A stretch of 64,000 nucleotides of DNA, taken from positions 21,106 to 85,105 of the forward strand of contig CAWCBS010000014.1 in NCBI GenBank assembly GCA_963793875.1, in the 5' to 3' direction. Positions 37,389-46,110 of this stretch are shown here, piece after piece. Position 1 is the first letter of the stretch; each line of letters opens with the position of its first letter. The DNA is from an uncultured Chloroflexia bacterium (GTDB lineage: Bacteria > Chloroflexota > Dormibacteria > Aeolococcales > Aeolococcaceae). The notes under the pieces are model-generated. The model made no database searches, was not told the origin of the DNA, and saw nothing but the letters and a program-made list of their open reading frames with translations. The position numbers and the translations under genes were made by a program.

Positions 37389-38708
37389 ATGGCAGTCATT
37401 CCGGATAGCGTCTCGCCGAGCCGGCACCTGGTCACCGAGATCCCCGGCCCGCGGTCGCTGGAGCTGATGGCGCGTCGCCAGCGGGCCATCCCGAGCGGGG
37501 TCGGCACCACCCTGCCGGTGTTCGTCAGCCGGGCCGGCCCCGGGATCCTGGAGGACGTCGACGGCAACCGCCTGATCGACTTCGGCTCCGGGATCTCCAC
37601 CACCAACGTGGGCAACAGCGCCCCGCTGGTGGTCGCCGCCATCCAGGAGCAGGCGGCGCTCTTCACCCACACCTGCTTCCAGGTGACCCCGTATGCGAGC
37701 TACGTCGAGGTCTGCGAGCGGCTCAACGAGCTGACCCCGGGGGGGCACGAGAAGCGTTCCTTCCTGGTCAACTCGGGAGCCGAGGCGGTGGAGAACGCGG
37801 TCAAGGTCGCCCGTTACGCCACCGGCCGGCCCGGCATCGTTGCCTTCGACCACGGCTTCCACGGCCGCACCCTGCTCGCCCTGACCCTGACCGGCAAGGT
37901 CCACCCCTACAAGCAGGGGTTCGGGCCCTTCGTCCCCGAGATCCACCACGCCCCCTACTCCGATCCCTTCCGCGAGACCGGTCGCTTGGGCGACACCATC
38001 ACCATGCTGGAGACCACGGTCGGGGCGGAGAGCATCGCCGCCGTGCTGGTCGAGCCGATCGCCGGTGAGGGGGGTGTGATCGTGCCCGAGCCGGGATGGC
38101 TCGCCGGCCTCGCCGAGTGGTGCCGCGGCCAGGGCATCCTGCTCATCGCCGACGAGGTGCAGACCGGCTTCGGGCGCACCGGCGCCTGGTTCGCCTGCGA
38201 GCACGAGGGGGTGGTGCCCGACCTGATCACCACCGCCAAGAGCCTGGGAGGCGGGCTGCCCATCGGCGGGATCACCGGCCGCGCCGAGATCATGAACGCG
38301 GTACACAGCGGCGGCCTGGGCGGGACCTTCGGAGGCAACCCGGTGGCCTGTGCCGCCGCGCTGGCGGCGATCCGCACCATCGAGTCGGAGGGACTGCTGG
38401 CCCGAGCTCGCGCGATCGGCGAGACCATGCTGAGGCGGCTCCGCCGGCTCTCTGCCGGCGTCCCGGCGATTGGCAACGTGCGCGGCCGGGGGGCGATGGT
38501 GGGGATCGAGTTCGTGGGCGGAGACGGCATTGCCCCCGATCGCGAGATCACCGGCCGGGTCCTGCGCCAATGCCACCAGGAGGGGCTGATGGTGCTCGGC
38601 GCCGGCACCTACGGCAACGTGATCCGCCTCCTGCCTCCGTTGGTCATCTCGGACGACCTGCTCGATGAGGGTCTGGGGATCCTCGAGGCAGCGGCGACGG
38701 CGACGTGA
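37389..38708 (+). CDS. gabT: 4-aminobutyrate--2-oxoglutarate transaminase (class III aminotransferase)
   Basis: GFHGRT, ADEVQTGFGRTG and the PLP lysine context TTAKSLGGGLP are present. Confidence 0.9.
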   Translation: MAVIPDSVSPSRHLVTEIPGPRSLELMARRQRAIPSGVGTTLPVFVSRAGPGILEDVDGNRLIDFGSGISTTNVGNSAPLVVAAIQEQAALFTHTCFQVTPYASYVEVCERLNELTPGGHEKRSFLVNSGAEAVENAVKVARYATGRPGIVAFDHGFHGRTLLALTLTGKVHPYKQGFGPFVPEIHHAPYSDPFRETGRLGDTITMLETTVGAESIAAVLVEPIAGEGGVIVPEPGWLAGLAEWCRGQGILLIADEVQTGFGRTGAWFACEHEGVVPDLITTAKSLGGGLPIGGITGRAEIMNAVHSGGLGGTFGGNPVACAAALAAIRTIESEGLLARARAIGETMLRRLRRLSAGVPAIGNVRGRGAMVGIEFVGGDGIAPDREITGRVLRQCHQEGLMVLGAGTYGNVIRLLPPLVISDDLLDEGLGILEAAATAT

Positions 38709-38762
38709 GAGCCCATCCCCAGGGAGAGCCGGCTGCGGACTGAACCACGAGGAGGGACTGTC

Positions 38763-40349
38763 ATGGCGGCGGCGGTCATCGGTGAGGCCCGGGTGGACAA
38801 GGGCCTCAAGCCAAGCGCGCTCTCACTGGTCTCCAACATCGTCATCGGGGTGGCCTCGGTGGCGCCGGCCTACAGCCTGGCCGCCACCCTGGGTGCGATC
38901 GCCGCCGTGGTCGGGCTGATCACGCCCCTGGTGGTCGTGATCGCGTTCATCCCCATGCTCTTTGTCTCGATCGGCTACAGCGAGCTCAACAAGGCGGACC
39001 CGGACTGCGGCACCACCTTCACCTGGGCCACCCGGGCCTTCGGTCCACGGACCGGCTGGATGGGAGGCTGGGGCATCATCGCCTCGGACATCCTGGTCAT
39101 GGCCAGCCTGGCCCAGGTGGCGTCCACCTACACGTTCAGCCTGTTCAACGCCACCAGCATCGCCACCGACGCCAACAGCGGCTGGGTGCTTGGGCTCGGC
39201 CTGGTGTTCCTCGCCGTCATGACCTGGGTCTGCTACCGGGGCATCGAGATCTCCGCCCGGATTCAGCGGGTGATGCTCTCCATCGAGGTGGTGATGCTGA
39301 TGGTCTTCGGCCTGGTCGCCCTGATCCGGGTGCTGACCGGCAACGCGCCGGCCGGCCATGTCAACCCGAGCCTCACCTGGTTTAACCCGGGGAGCGTCGA
39401 CTTCTCCACCCTGGTCAGCGGCATCCTGCTCATGCTCTTCATCTACTGGGGCTGGGACACCTCGGTCTCGATCAACGAGGAGACCGCCGACCGCACCCGC
39501 AACCCGGGGCGCGCGGCGATCATCTCCACGGTCCTGCTGCTGGGGATGTACTTCGTCGTCACCCTCGGCGCCCAGTCCTTCGCCGGCGTGGGCACCACCG
39601 GCAATGGACTGGCCAACCCCAACAACGTGGGCGACGTCATCTCCGTCCTGGGAACCGCGGTCTTCGGCACCTCGTGGTTCGGCCAGCTCTTCTACCACCT
39701 CCTCCTCCTCATGGTGCTGACCTCGGCCGCCGCCTCGACCCAGACCACCATCCTGCCCACCGCCCGGACCATGCTCTCGATGGCCGTCTACAAGGGACTT
39801 CCCGACTCCTTTGCCAAGATGCACCCCCGCTACTTCACGCCCACGGTGGCCACCCTGGTGATGGCGGGAGTCTCCGCCGTTCTGTATGTGCTCATGAACT
39901 ACCTCTCCCGCGGGCTGGTGATCGCTGACGCCGTGACCGCCATCGGCATCTGGATCGCCTTCTACTACGGGCTGACCGGCTTCACGTGCGCCTGGTACTA
40001 CCGCAGGACCCTGCTGAGCAGCGCCCGCAACTTCTGGATGCGGGGAGCCATGCCCTTCCTCGGCGGCCTGATGCTCTACTTCGCCCTGGCCTGGAGCCTC
40101 AAGGACGACTTCAACGCCGACACCAACAGCTACACCACCTGGACCCTGCCCTTCGGGCCCCACTGGGTGATCGGTGGCGTCTTCATCATCGCCCTGGTCT
40201 CGGCCGTGGTCGGCATCATCGTCATGGTGGCCTGGCAGCTCGCCCGTCCTCCCTTCTTCCGCGGCGAGGTCCTCAACCGCTCGACGCCCACCCTGGTGCC
40301 GGAATCGGGGCTGCCGGAGGTGGCCGCTCCGCCCGCCATGCCGTCGTGA
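38763..40349 (+). CDS. APC-family amino acid/polyamine permease
   Basis: About 12 TM, with typical APC N-terminal motifs (LSLVSNIVIGVASVAPAYSLA..) and FIYWGWD. Confidence 0.9.
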   Translation: MAAAVIGEARVDKGLKPSALSLVSNIVIGVASVAPAYSLAATLGAIAAVVGLITPLVVVIAFIPMLFVSIGYSELNKADPDCGTTFTWATRAFGPRTGWMGGWGIIASDILVMASLAQVASTYTFSLFNATSIATDANSGWVLGLGLVFLAVMTWVCYRGIEISARIQRVMLSIEVVMLMVFGLVALIRVLTGNAPAGHVNPSLTWFNPGSVDFSTLVSGILLMLFIYWGWDTSVSINEETADRTRNPGRAAIISTVLLLGMYFVVTLGAQSFAGVGTTGNGLANPNNVGDVISVLGTAVFGTSWFGQLFYHLLLLMVLTSAAASTQTTILPTARTMLSMAVYKGLPDSFAKMHPRYFTPTVATLVMAGVSAVLYVLMNYLSRGLVIADAVTAIGIWIAFYYGLTGFTCAWYYRRTLLSSARNFWMRGAMPFLGGLMLYFALAWSLKDDFNADTNSYTTWTLPFGPHWVIGGVFIIALVSAVVGIIVMVAWQLARPPFFRGEVLNRSTPTLVPESGLPEVAAPPAMPS

Positions 40350-40431
40350 CCCGGAACCAGCGATGCTCTCGACCCGCTCCATCTGCGTGGGGCGGCCATC
40401 CCATCGGGCCCGGGCTGCTGAGGAGATCCTG

Positions 40432-41811
40432 ATGGCCGTCACCGCCGACCAGATCGTCACCGTCAACCCCGCCACCGAGGCCGAGCTCCACCGCCATCCG
40501 GTGATGTCGGAGACCGAGGTGGGCGCCGTGCTGGACTCGGTCCACGACAGCGGCCCCGCCTGGCGGGGGGTGCCCATCCGGCACCGCGCCGAACTGATGC
40601 ACGCCGCCGCCGGCGTTCTCCGCCGCCGTGTCGACGAGCTCGCCGGTCTGATCACCGCCGAGATGGGCAAGCCGGTCACCGAGGCCCGTGCCGAGGTCGA
40701 GAAGTGCGCCATCAGCTTCGACCACTTCGCCGACCACGCCGAGGAATACCTGGCGGACCTGGATGCCCCCTCGGACGGGTCGCGCAGCTTCGTGGCCTTC
40801 GAGCCCCTGGGCACCGTGCTCGCGATCATGCCCTGGAACTTCCCCTTCTGGCAGGTGACGCGCTTCGCCGCGCCCGCCCTGATGGCGGGCAACACGGGCG
40901 TGCTCAAGCACGCGAGCAACACCACCGGCTGCGCCCTGGCCATCGAATCAGTGTTCCGGGATGCGGGCTTCCCGGACTCGGTCTTCCGCACCCTGGTGAT
41001 CCCGGGCCGCCGGGTGGCCCCGGTCATCGAGGATCCGCGGGTCGCGGCCATCACCCTCACCGGCAGCGACGACACCGGCGCTCAGGCCGCCGGCGTGGCC
41101 GCTCGCTGCCTCAAGAAGTCGGTGCTGGAGCTGGGCGGGTCGGATGCCTTCGTGGTCCTGGAGGATGCCGACCTCGAGGCCGCCGCGAGGGTCGGCGCCA
41201 GGGCGCGCTTCCAGAACTGCGGGCAGAGCTGCATCGCCGCCAAGCGGTTCATCGTGGTGGAGAAGATCGCCGGCAGCTTCGAGGAGGCCTTCGTCGCCGA
41301 GGCGCGGCGACTCCGGGTGGGCGATCCCACCGACCCCGCGACCCAGATGGGCCCGCTGGCCCGCGATGACCTCCGCCGGGATCTGGAGCGCCAGCTCCGG
41401 CAATCGCTGGATGCCGGGGCCCGCCTGCTCACCGGTGGGCGGCGTCTCGACCGCCGGGGTTGGTTCTTCGAGCCCACCGTGCTCGCCGGCTGCGCTCCGG
41501 GGATGCCGGCCTTCGACGAGGAGACCTTCGGACCGCTCGCGTCGGTGACCCGGGTCGCCGGTGAGGACCAGGCCCGCGACCTCGCCAACCACTCCGCGTT
41601 CGGGCTGGGCGGCAACGTCTGGACCGGGGACGTGGAGCGTGGGATCCGGTTTGCCCGCAGCCTGGAGACCGGCGGCGTCTTCGTCAACGGGATGACCCAT
41701 TCGGATCCCCGCCTTCCCTTCGGCGGGGTGAAGCGCAGCGGCTACGGCCGCGAGCTGCACGCCTTCGGCATTCGCGAGTTCGTCAACATCAAGACGATCT
41801 GGGTGGGTTAG
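40432..41811 (+). CDS. gabD: NAD(P)-dependent succinate-semialdehyde dehydrogenase
   Basis: MPWNFPFWQV, LELGGSDAFVV, catalytic Cys context FQNCGQSCIAAKR, EETFGP and a C-terminus typical of the GabD/YneI type. RBS GAGGAG precedes ATG 40432. Confidence 0.9.
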   Translation: MAVTADQIVTVNPATEAELHRHPVMSETEVGAVLDSVHDSGPAWRGVPIRHRAELMHAAAGVLRRRVDELAGLITAEMGKPVTEARAEVEKCAISFDHFADHAEEYLADLDAPSDGSRSFVAFEPLGTVLAIMPWNFPFWQVTRFAAPALMAGNTGVLKHASNTTGCALAIESVFRDAGFPDSVFRTLVIPGRRVAPVIEDPRVAAITLTGSDDTGAQAAGVAARCLKKSVLELGGSDAFVVLEDADLEAAARVGARARFQNCGQSCIAAKRFIVVEKIAGSFEEAFVAEARRLRVGDPTDPATQMGPLARDDLRRDLERQLRQSLDAGARLLTGGRRLDRRGWFFEPTVLAGCAPGMPAFDEETFGPLASVTRVAGEDQARDLANHSAFGLGGNVWTGDVERGIRFARSLETGGVFVNGMTHSDPRLPFGGVKRSGYGRELHAFGIREFVNIKTIWVG

Positions 41812-41878
41812 CCGCAGGGGTTCGCGAGCCCAGGGGCGGGCCGGAGGGAGACGTCCCCCCGGCCCGCGTGCTCAGGGC

Positions 41879-42628
41879 TCAGATGTTGTCGCGACGGCGG
41901 CCCGGCAGCAGGCTGGCCAGGATCAGGACCCCGGCTGCGAGGAGCACCGCCAGACCGGCGATCTCAGCCTGTCCCAGGGGAGTCCCGGCTCCGGTCCCGG
42001 GTGTGGTCGCGGCCGCAACCTGACCGGTCGGGGTCGGCGTGGCGGTCGCCGGCGCCAGCGCCGTCGGAGTTGTGGTCGGTGTGGGGGTGGGTGTCGGCGT
42101 GGGTGTGGGGGTGGGGGTGGCCGCAGGCCCACCGCACGTGAACTCCGGGCTGGTCACATCCGTCCCTTGGATGTAGTCGGTGGCGCTCGTCACCTGCACC
42201 TCGAGTTCATCGTACGTGGGCAGATAGGTGTATTGGTTGTAGAGCTGAGAGGTGAAGTACAACTGACTGATCGTGCTTCCGGTGGTGGGCAGTTCTTGAG
42301 CTTGCCCCCAGGTGGCATCGGTCGAAAGCCAGCCGTTGTCGGCAGTCGAATGCGCGAACACCTCAAGTTGTACGTTCGCGTCGTACCAAGGCCCGCCACT
42401 GGCAGGATAAACCACCGTCAAAGTTCCGCTGACGTAGTACCCATCTTCCGAGACGCACTGGGCTGTGATCCCCGTGATCGTCGGATCGGTCACCGTGACG
42501 GCCGTCGCCTGGGCCGCGCCCAGGACCAGTGCCAACCCCGCGGCGGCGAGGGCCGCTCCCCCGCCTCCCATCCACCGGCGCCTCGATCTGGAGGCGGCAT
42601 CTTCGCCTCGCATGATCTCCTCCCTCAC
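41879..42628 (-). CDS. secreted/surface-anchored protein: signal peptide, ~120-aa domain, (TP)n linker, C-terminal TM plus RRR tail
   Basis: N-terminus SRSRRRWMGGGGAALAAAGLALVLGAAQA. Linker TPTPTPTPTPTPTPTTTP. C-terminus GQAEIAGLAVLLAAGVLILASLLPGRRRDNI. The globular-domain DNA is visibly less GC-rich than its surroundings. Confidence 0.7.
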   Translation of the reverse strand: MREEIMRGEDAASRSRRRWMGGGGAALAAAGLALVLGAAQATAVTVTDPTITGITAQCVSEDGYYVSGTLTVVYPASGGPWYDANVQLEVFAHSTADNGWLSTDATWGQAQELPTTGSTISQLYFTSQLYNQYTYLPTYDELEVQVTSATDYIQGTDVTSPEFTCGGPAATPTPTPTPTPTPTPTTTPTALAPATATPTPTGQVAAATTPGTGAGTPLGQAEIAGLAVLLAAGVLILASLLPGRRRDNI

Positions 42629-42966
42629 CCCTGCCGGGCGCAGCGTCCCCGGGGCTCGTCGAAGGCGGATGCCTTCATGGTGGGTCCGCGGGACGGCGTG
42701 GAGGATACCGCTTCGGTGCGCCGTTTGTCATGCCTCATACGTCAGACGACTCCCGGACGTTCGAGGCGTCTGGCCGGCGTTGTGCAGAGGCCGCGGCCGA
42801 GCTGAACCCGGGGGCGTGGGGGAGGGGGGACGCCCGGCCGGACCCCCGGCCGAGCCCCGAGAAATTGGTCTCGCCGTGGTCCCATCCGCTCCCCATCCCC
42901 GAGAGCGCCGCCGCCGGGCGGCGGCACCCTCTCGCGGCCGCCGGGCACGGCGCATCGGAGTGGGGG

Positions 42967-43418
42967 GTGGGATCTGTGGTCGACGGCCCACGGCTGCGCT
43001 GGGGCCGCCTCCTCGAGGCGCGCCATCCGTCGCGCGAGGGGGAGGCGATCCCGTCCGACCTCGGCCGGGTCTGGCAGGTGGCCGCTGAATCGCTCGAGCT
43101 GGTGGCGCGGCCGATCGAACGTTTCGAGCTCGCCGGGACCCTCAACGGCCGCCCCCGGCGCCTGCGCTCCGACGAGGCGAAGCGGCCGTTCCCGGCGACC
43201 GTCGCCTTGGCCCTGGCGGGCGCCACCGCCACCGCGGCGTCGGCTCTGCTGGCCTGGGCTCGCGTCTACCGCCCGAGCGGGAATCCGATCGACGAATGGT
43301 CCCCGAGATCAGGGGCTGGACGGAGGGCCGGGTGGATGCCGCCTACGACCCGCCCACCAAGCTGCTGGCGACCATCTTCGGCAAGCCGCTGCGCGCCCGG
43401 GAGTGGGCCCTGCGCTGA
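42967..43418 (+). pseudogene. hypothetical gene with an apparent frameshift near 43300
   Basis: GC3-rich coding signal in the frame of ORF 42730 runs up to ..YRPSGNPIDEW. It then moves to another frame (MVPEIRGWTEGRVDAAYDPPTKLLATIFGKPLRAREWALR, stop 43416-43418). Start is a guess (GTG 42967). No family recognised. Confidence 0.3.
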
Positions 43419-43436
43419 GCCACGCCACCGGCACGG

Positions 43437-44003
43437 CTAGCCGGCCGGCGCGGCCCCGTCACCCGGTCGCGCCGGGCTCACGTCGGGATCGGGTGGCATG
43501 ACGAATCCCACGTCCAAGGCATCTGCCAGCCCCCGGAGCCGGGCGAAAAAGCCTGCGGTGTGATACGAGCGCGGCAGTCGCAGGCCGTGGAAGTCGTAGT
43601 GGTGGAGCCATTCGTGGAGCAGGGTGTTGAGGAAGACCTTGGACGAGATCACGCGCTGCTGGATGGCGGTGCGGTGATAGATGCGGATGCGCGCCCAGGC
43701 CACGCCGCCCTGGGCGTCGGCGCGGTAGGTGTAGTAGCCGTAGGTCTTGGACTGCAGGCGGCGGCCGTCGTGGCGGTGGACCTGCGGCCGGTCGGGAACC
43801 ACCACCTGGCAGGGGGGGAGGCCCGCCTCCCGGCTGAGCTCGTCCACCAGCAGCTGGGCGACACGCTGCCGTTCGGCGGCGTCGTCACCCACGTCCAGCA
43901 CCCGCAGGGTGAGGCCCCGCGTGATCGGCGTGGGGCGGACCGGCACGCCGGTGGCCCGCTGGCTGCGTCGGTAGCTGGCCTCGGAGGACCACCTGGCGAA
44001 CAT
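43437..44003 (-). CDS. putative zinc metallopeptidase (HExxH), SprT/WLM-like
   Basis: 188-aa ORF with LLHEWLHHYD (HExxH) in the C-terminal half. Confidence 0.6.
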   Translation of the reverse strand: MFARWSSEASYRRSQRATGVPVRPTPITRGLTLRVLDVGDDAAERQRVAQLLVDELSREAGLPPCQVVVPDRPQVHRHDGRRLQSKTYGYYTYRADAQGGVAWARIRIYHRTAIQQRVISSKVFLNTLLHEWLHHYDFHGLRLPRSYHTAGFFARLRGLADALDVGFVMPPDPDVSPARPGDGAAPAG

Positions 44004-44044
44004 CCGTCCGCAGTATAGGACCTCGGACTAGACTGAGATGCCGC

Positions 44045-44129
44045 GCCGGGTTGGCGGAATCGGTAGACGCAGCGGTCCTAAACACCGCGGGGGCGACGCC
44101 CCGTCCGGGTTCGATCCCCGGGCCCGGCA
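44045..44129 (+). tRNA. tRNA-Leu (anticodon UAA), class II with long variable arm, no encoded CCA, C at position 33
   Basis: GCCGGGT-TG-GCGGAATCGGTAGACGC-A-GCGGT-CCTAAAC-ACCGC-GGGGGCGACGCCCCGT-CCGGG-TTCGATC-CCCGG-GCCCGGC-A. The D-arm is very similar to bacterial tRNA-Leu. Confidence 0.85.
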
Positions 44130-44160
44130 GGCGGAACTCCCGCTCGCCCCGCAGCGTCTC

Positions 44161-44538
44161 ATGGTCGTGCTTCAGAAGGGCGTCATCCCCGTCGCTCTGC
44201 TCGTCGCCCTGGCCGCGGCCGGCTGCTGTCTCCCCGGTCTTCCCGTGCCGGTGGGGAGGGTGACCGGGGCGCTGGGAGCGGTGGGTGGCCCGCCCATGCT
44301 TCCGGCGGAACGGCCTCTGGGGGGAACGGTCACGGTGAGCGGAGCCGCGGGGAGCTCGTACACGGTGCGAGTGGGGAGCAACGGGCTCTTCTCGCTCCGG
44401 ATGCTGGCGGGCGTGTACACGCTCACCGGGAGGAGCCCGTTGTTCGAGAGCGGAGCGGTGAGCTGCGACGCCGCTGGGCCCGTCACCGTCAGGGGTGGCA
44501 TGACCACCCGCGTCTCTGTGCGGTGCCAGGAGCGTTAG
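44161..44538 (+). CDS. putative lipoprotein (carboxypeptidase-regulatory-like beta domain)
   Basis: MVVLQKGVIPVALLVALAAAGC carries a lipobox-like AAGC. Start is set at ATG 44161 because the upstream part of ORF 44038 overlaps tRNA-Leu. Confidence 0.6.
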   Translation: MVVLQKGVIPVALLVALAAAGCCLPGLPVPVGRVTGALGAVGGPPMLPAERPLGGTVTVSGAAGSSYTVRVGSNGLFSLRMLAGVYTLTGRSPLFESGAVSCDAAGPVTVRGGMTTRVSVRCQER

Positions 44539-44651
44539 CCGCTGCGGGACCTCACGGCAGCGCTGACGGGTGACTCCCGGCCTGCGCCGTCAACGGTCCC
44601 AGGAACAGCCGGCGCGAGGACTTGCTGATGGCCCGCGTCGCCAGGCCGGCG

Positions 44652-46019
44652 CTACGGCATCGGGACCGTGTAGGTGTGGGTCGCCTGGAGGCTCCAGGCC
44701 GCGCCGCCGTCGGAGGTCGCGTACACGGCGTCGAGGAACTCCCCGCCGCCTCCGGTCAGGAACGCTGTTGCGGAAGGTCGTGGAGCCGGGATCGCGGCCG
44801 GGTCGCTCAGCACGCCCGAGATGAGCACCCAGCCGTGCTCGGCGTCGACGAAGGAGATGCCGGCGGCGGTGTCCCCCTCCCCGTCGTACAAGACACCTGA
44901 TGGCACCGGAAGCCGCACCGGAGCCGACGTCCCCCCATCGCTCACCGTCTCGAGAACCGGAGGGAGGACGTCGCTGCCGGCCATGACCACGGTGCCGCCC
45001 CCGACGATCTGGACCGGGCCCTCCATGCCGTCGAAGTCGTCGCCGGTCGGGGTCGGCGAGGGCGACGGCGTCCATACCTCGCCCCCATCGGAGGTCCGGA
45101 TGTACTCGGTCCACTCGTTGCCGGCGCCGGCTCCGAGCGGGACCCTCACCCAGGCGGTCGAGCCGGCGCAGGTGACTGCGAGGGAGGCGGACCCGAAGCC
45201 CCCCATCCAGGGCGCGGAGTACTCCAGGGTCCATGCGGCTCCGCCATCCTGGGTGCCGTAGATGCCCATCGGAGCGCCAACTGCCGTGCTGGCCACGGCC
45301 CACCCCCGGTTCGCGTCCCCGAAGCAGACTGAAACCACCCCTAGGCCCGCACCCACCGGGGCCGAGCTCCACGTCAGCCCCCCATCGGCGGTGACGAACA
45401 GGCTGCCGGTTTCGGACAGCGCCCAGCCGCCCGCCGCACTCACGAAGTCGACGCAGGCGAAGCGGCCGCCGGGCTCACCGACCGCTCCCCACGTGGCTCC
45501 GCCGTCGGTGGTGCGGAGCAAGCCGCCGGTTGCCGGCGCGGGTGTCGCCGATGCGCCGGCCAGCGCCCAGCCGTCGGTGGCGCTGACGAAGTCGAGCTCG
45601 CCGACCCCGAAGGGCGCCGAGAGCACCACGGCCCAGCTGGAGCCGCCGTTGACGGTCGAGAGGATCTCGCTGGTCGTGCCTCCGGTTGGGACGGTCAGCC
45701 AGCCGTGCAGCCGGTCGACGAAGGTGAGAGGACCGCCGCACGGGCCGGCCGACAGCGGGAATGGATTGAACGTCGGACCAGGCATCACCGTCGGCGCGAC
45801 CGGGCCCGCGGATGGTACCACCGTCCCATCGGCCGGCGATGTCACCGGTGCGCCCGCCGCCGTGGCCGCAACCGGGGGGCGCGCGCCCGCGGAGGACGCC
45901 GGGGCCTCCCGCGCGTGAAGGCCCACGGCGAGTGTGGCCGCGACCACTGCGCCGACCACCAGGCCGATTCCGAGACCAGAGGCGGGCTGGTAACGGAGGT
46001 GGTGGCCGATGTTCCTCAT
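44652..46019 (-). CDS. BNR/Asp-box repeat beta-propeller protein (Ycf48/sialidase-like), N-terminal TM anchor
   Basis: About seven SxDxGxxW-type boxes (TTDGGATW, TADGGLTW, TQDGGAAW, TSDGGEVW, TSDGGAAW and others). Start is set at MRNIGHH..GLGIGLVVGAVVAATLAV. Confidence 0.8.
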   Translation of the reverse strand: MRNIGHHLRYQPASGLGIGLVVGAVVAATLAVGLHAREAPASSAGARPPVAATAAGAPVTSPADGTVVPSAGPVAPTVMPGPTFNPFPLSAGPCGGPLTFVDRLHGWLTVPTGGTTSEILSTVNGGSSWAVVLSAPFGVGELDFVSATDGWALAGASATPAPATGGLLRTTDGGATWGAVGEPGGRFACVDFVSAAGGWALSETGSLFVTADGGLTWSSAPVGAGLGVVSVCFGDANRGWAVASTAVGAPMGIYGTQDGGAAWTLEYSAPWMGGFGSASLAVTCAGSTAWVRVPLGAGAGNEWTEYIRTSDGGEVWTPSPSPTPTGDDFDGMEGPVQIVGGGTVVMAGSDVLPPVLETVSDGGTSAPVRLPVPSGVLYDGEGDTAAGISFVDAEHGWVLISGVLSDPAAIPAPRPSATAFLTGGGGEFLDAVYATSDGGAAWSLQATHTYTVPMP

Positions 46020-46110
46020 CACACCTCTCACTACGGGCTCGCGACCGGCCGGCGTGACGTGTGGCACGCGCGGCCGGGGGTACCCTAAGGGGGAGGATGT
46101 CGTTGCAACG

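Noticed and set aside
44072-44088. The idea that tRNA-Leu (loop CCUAAAC, which contains CUA) is an amber suppressor explaining the in-frame TAG at 16665.
   Set aside because: With the only well-paired 5-bp anticodon stem, the central triplet is UAA (Leu). Placing CUA at positions 34-36 requires a stem with mismatches. There is no support for the link.
44038-44160. N-terminal part of ORF 44038-44538.
   Set aside because: It overlaps the tRNA-Leu gene on the same strand. A lipoprotein-like signal peptide starts at ATG 44161.
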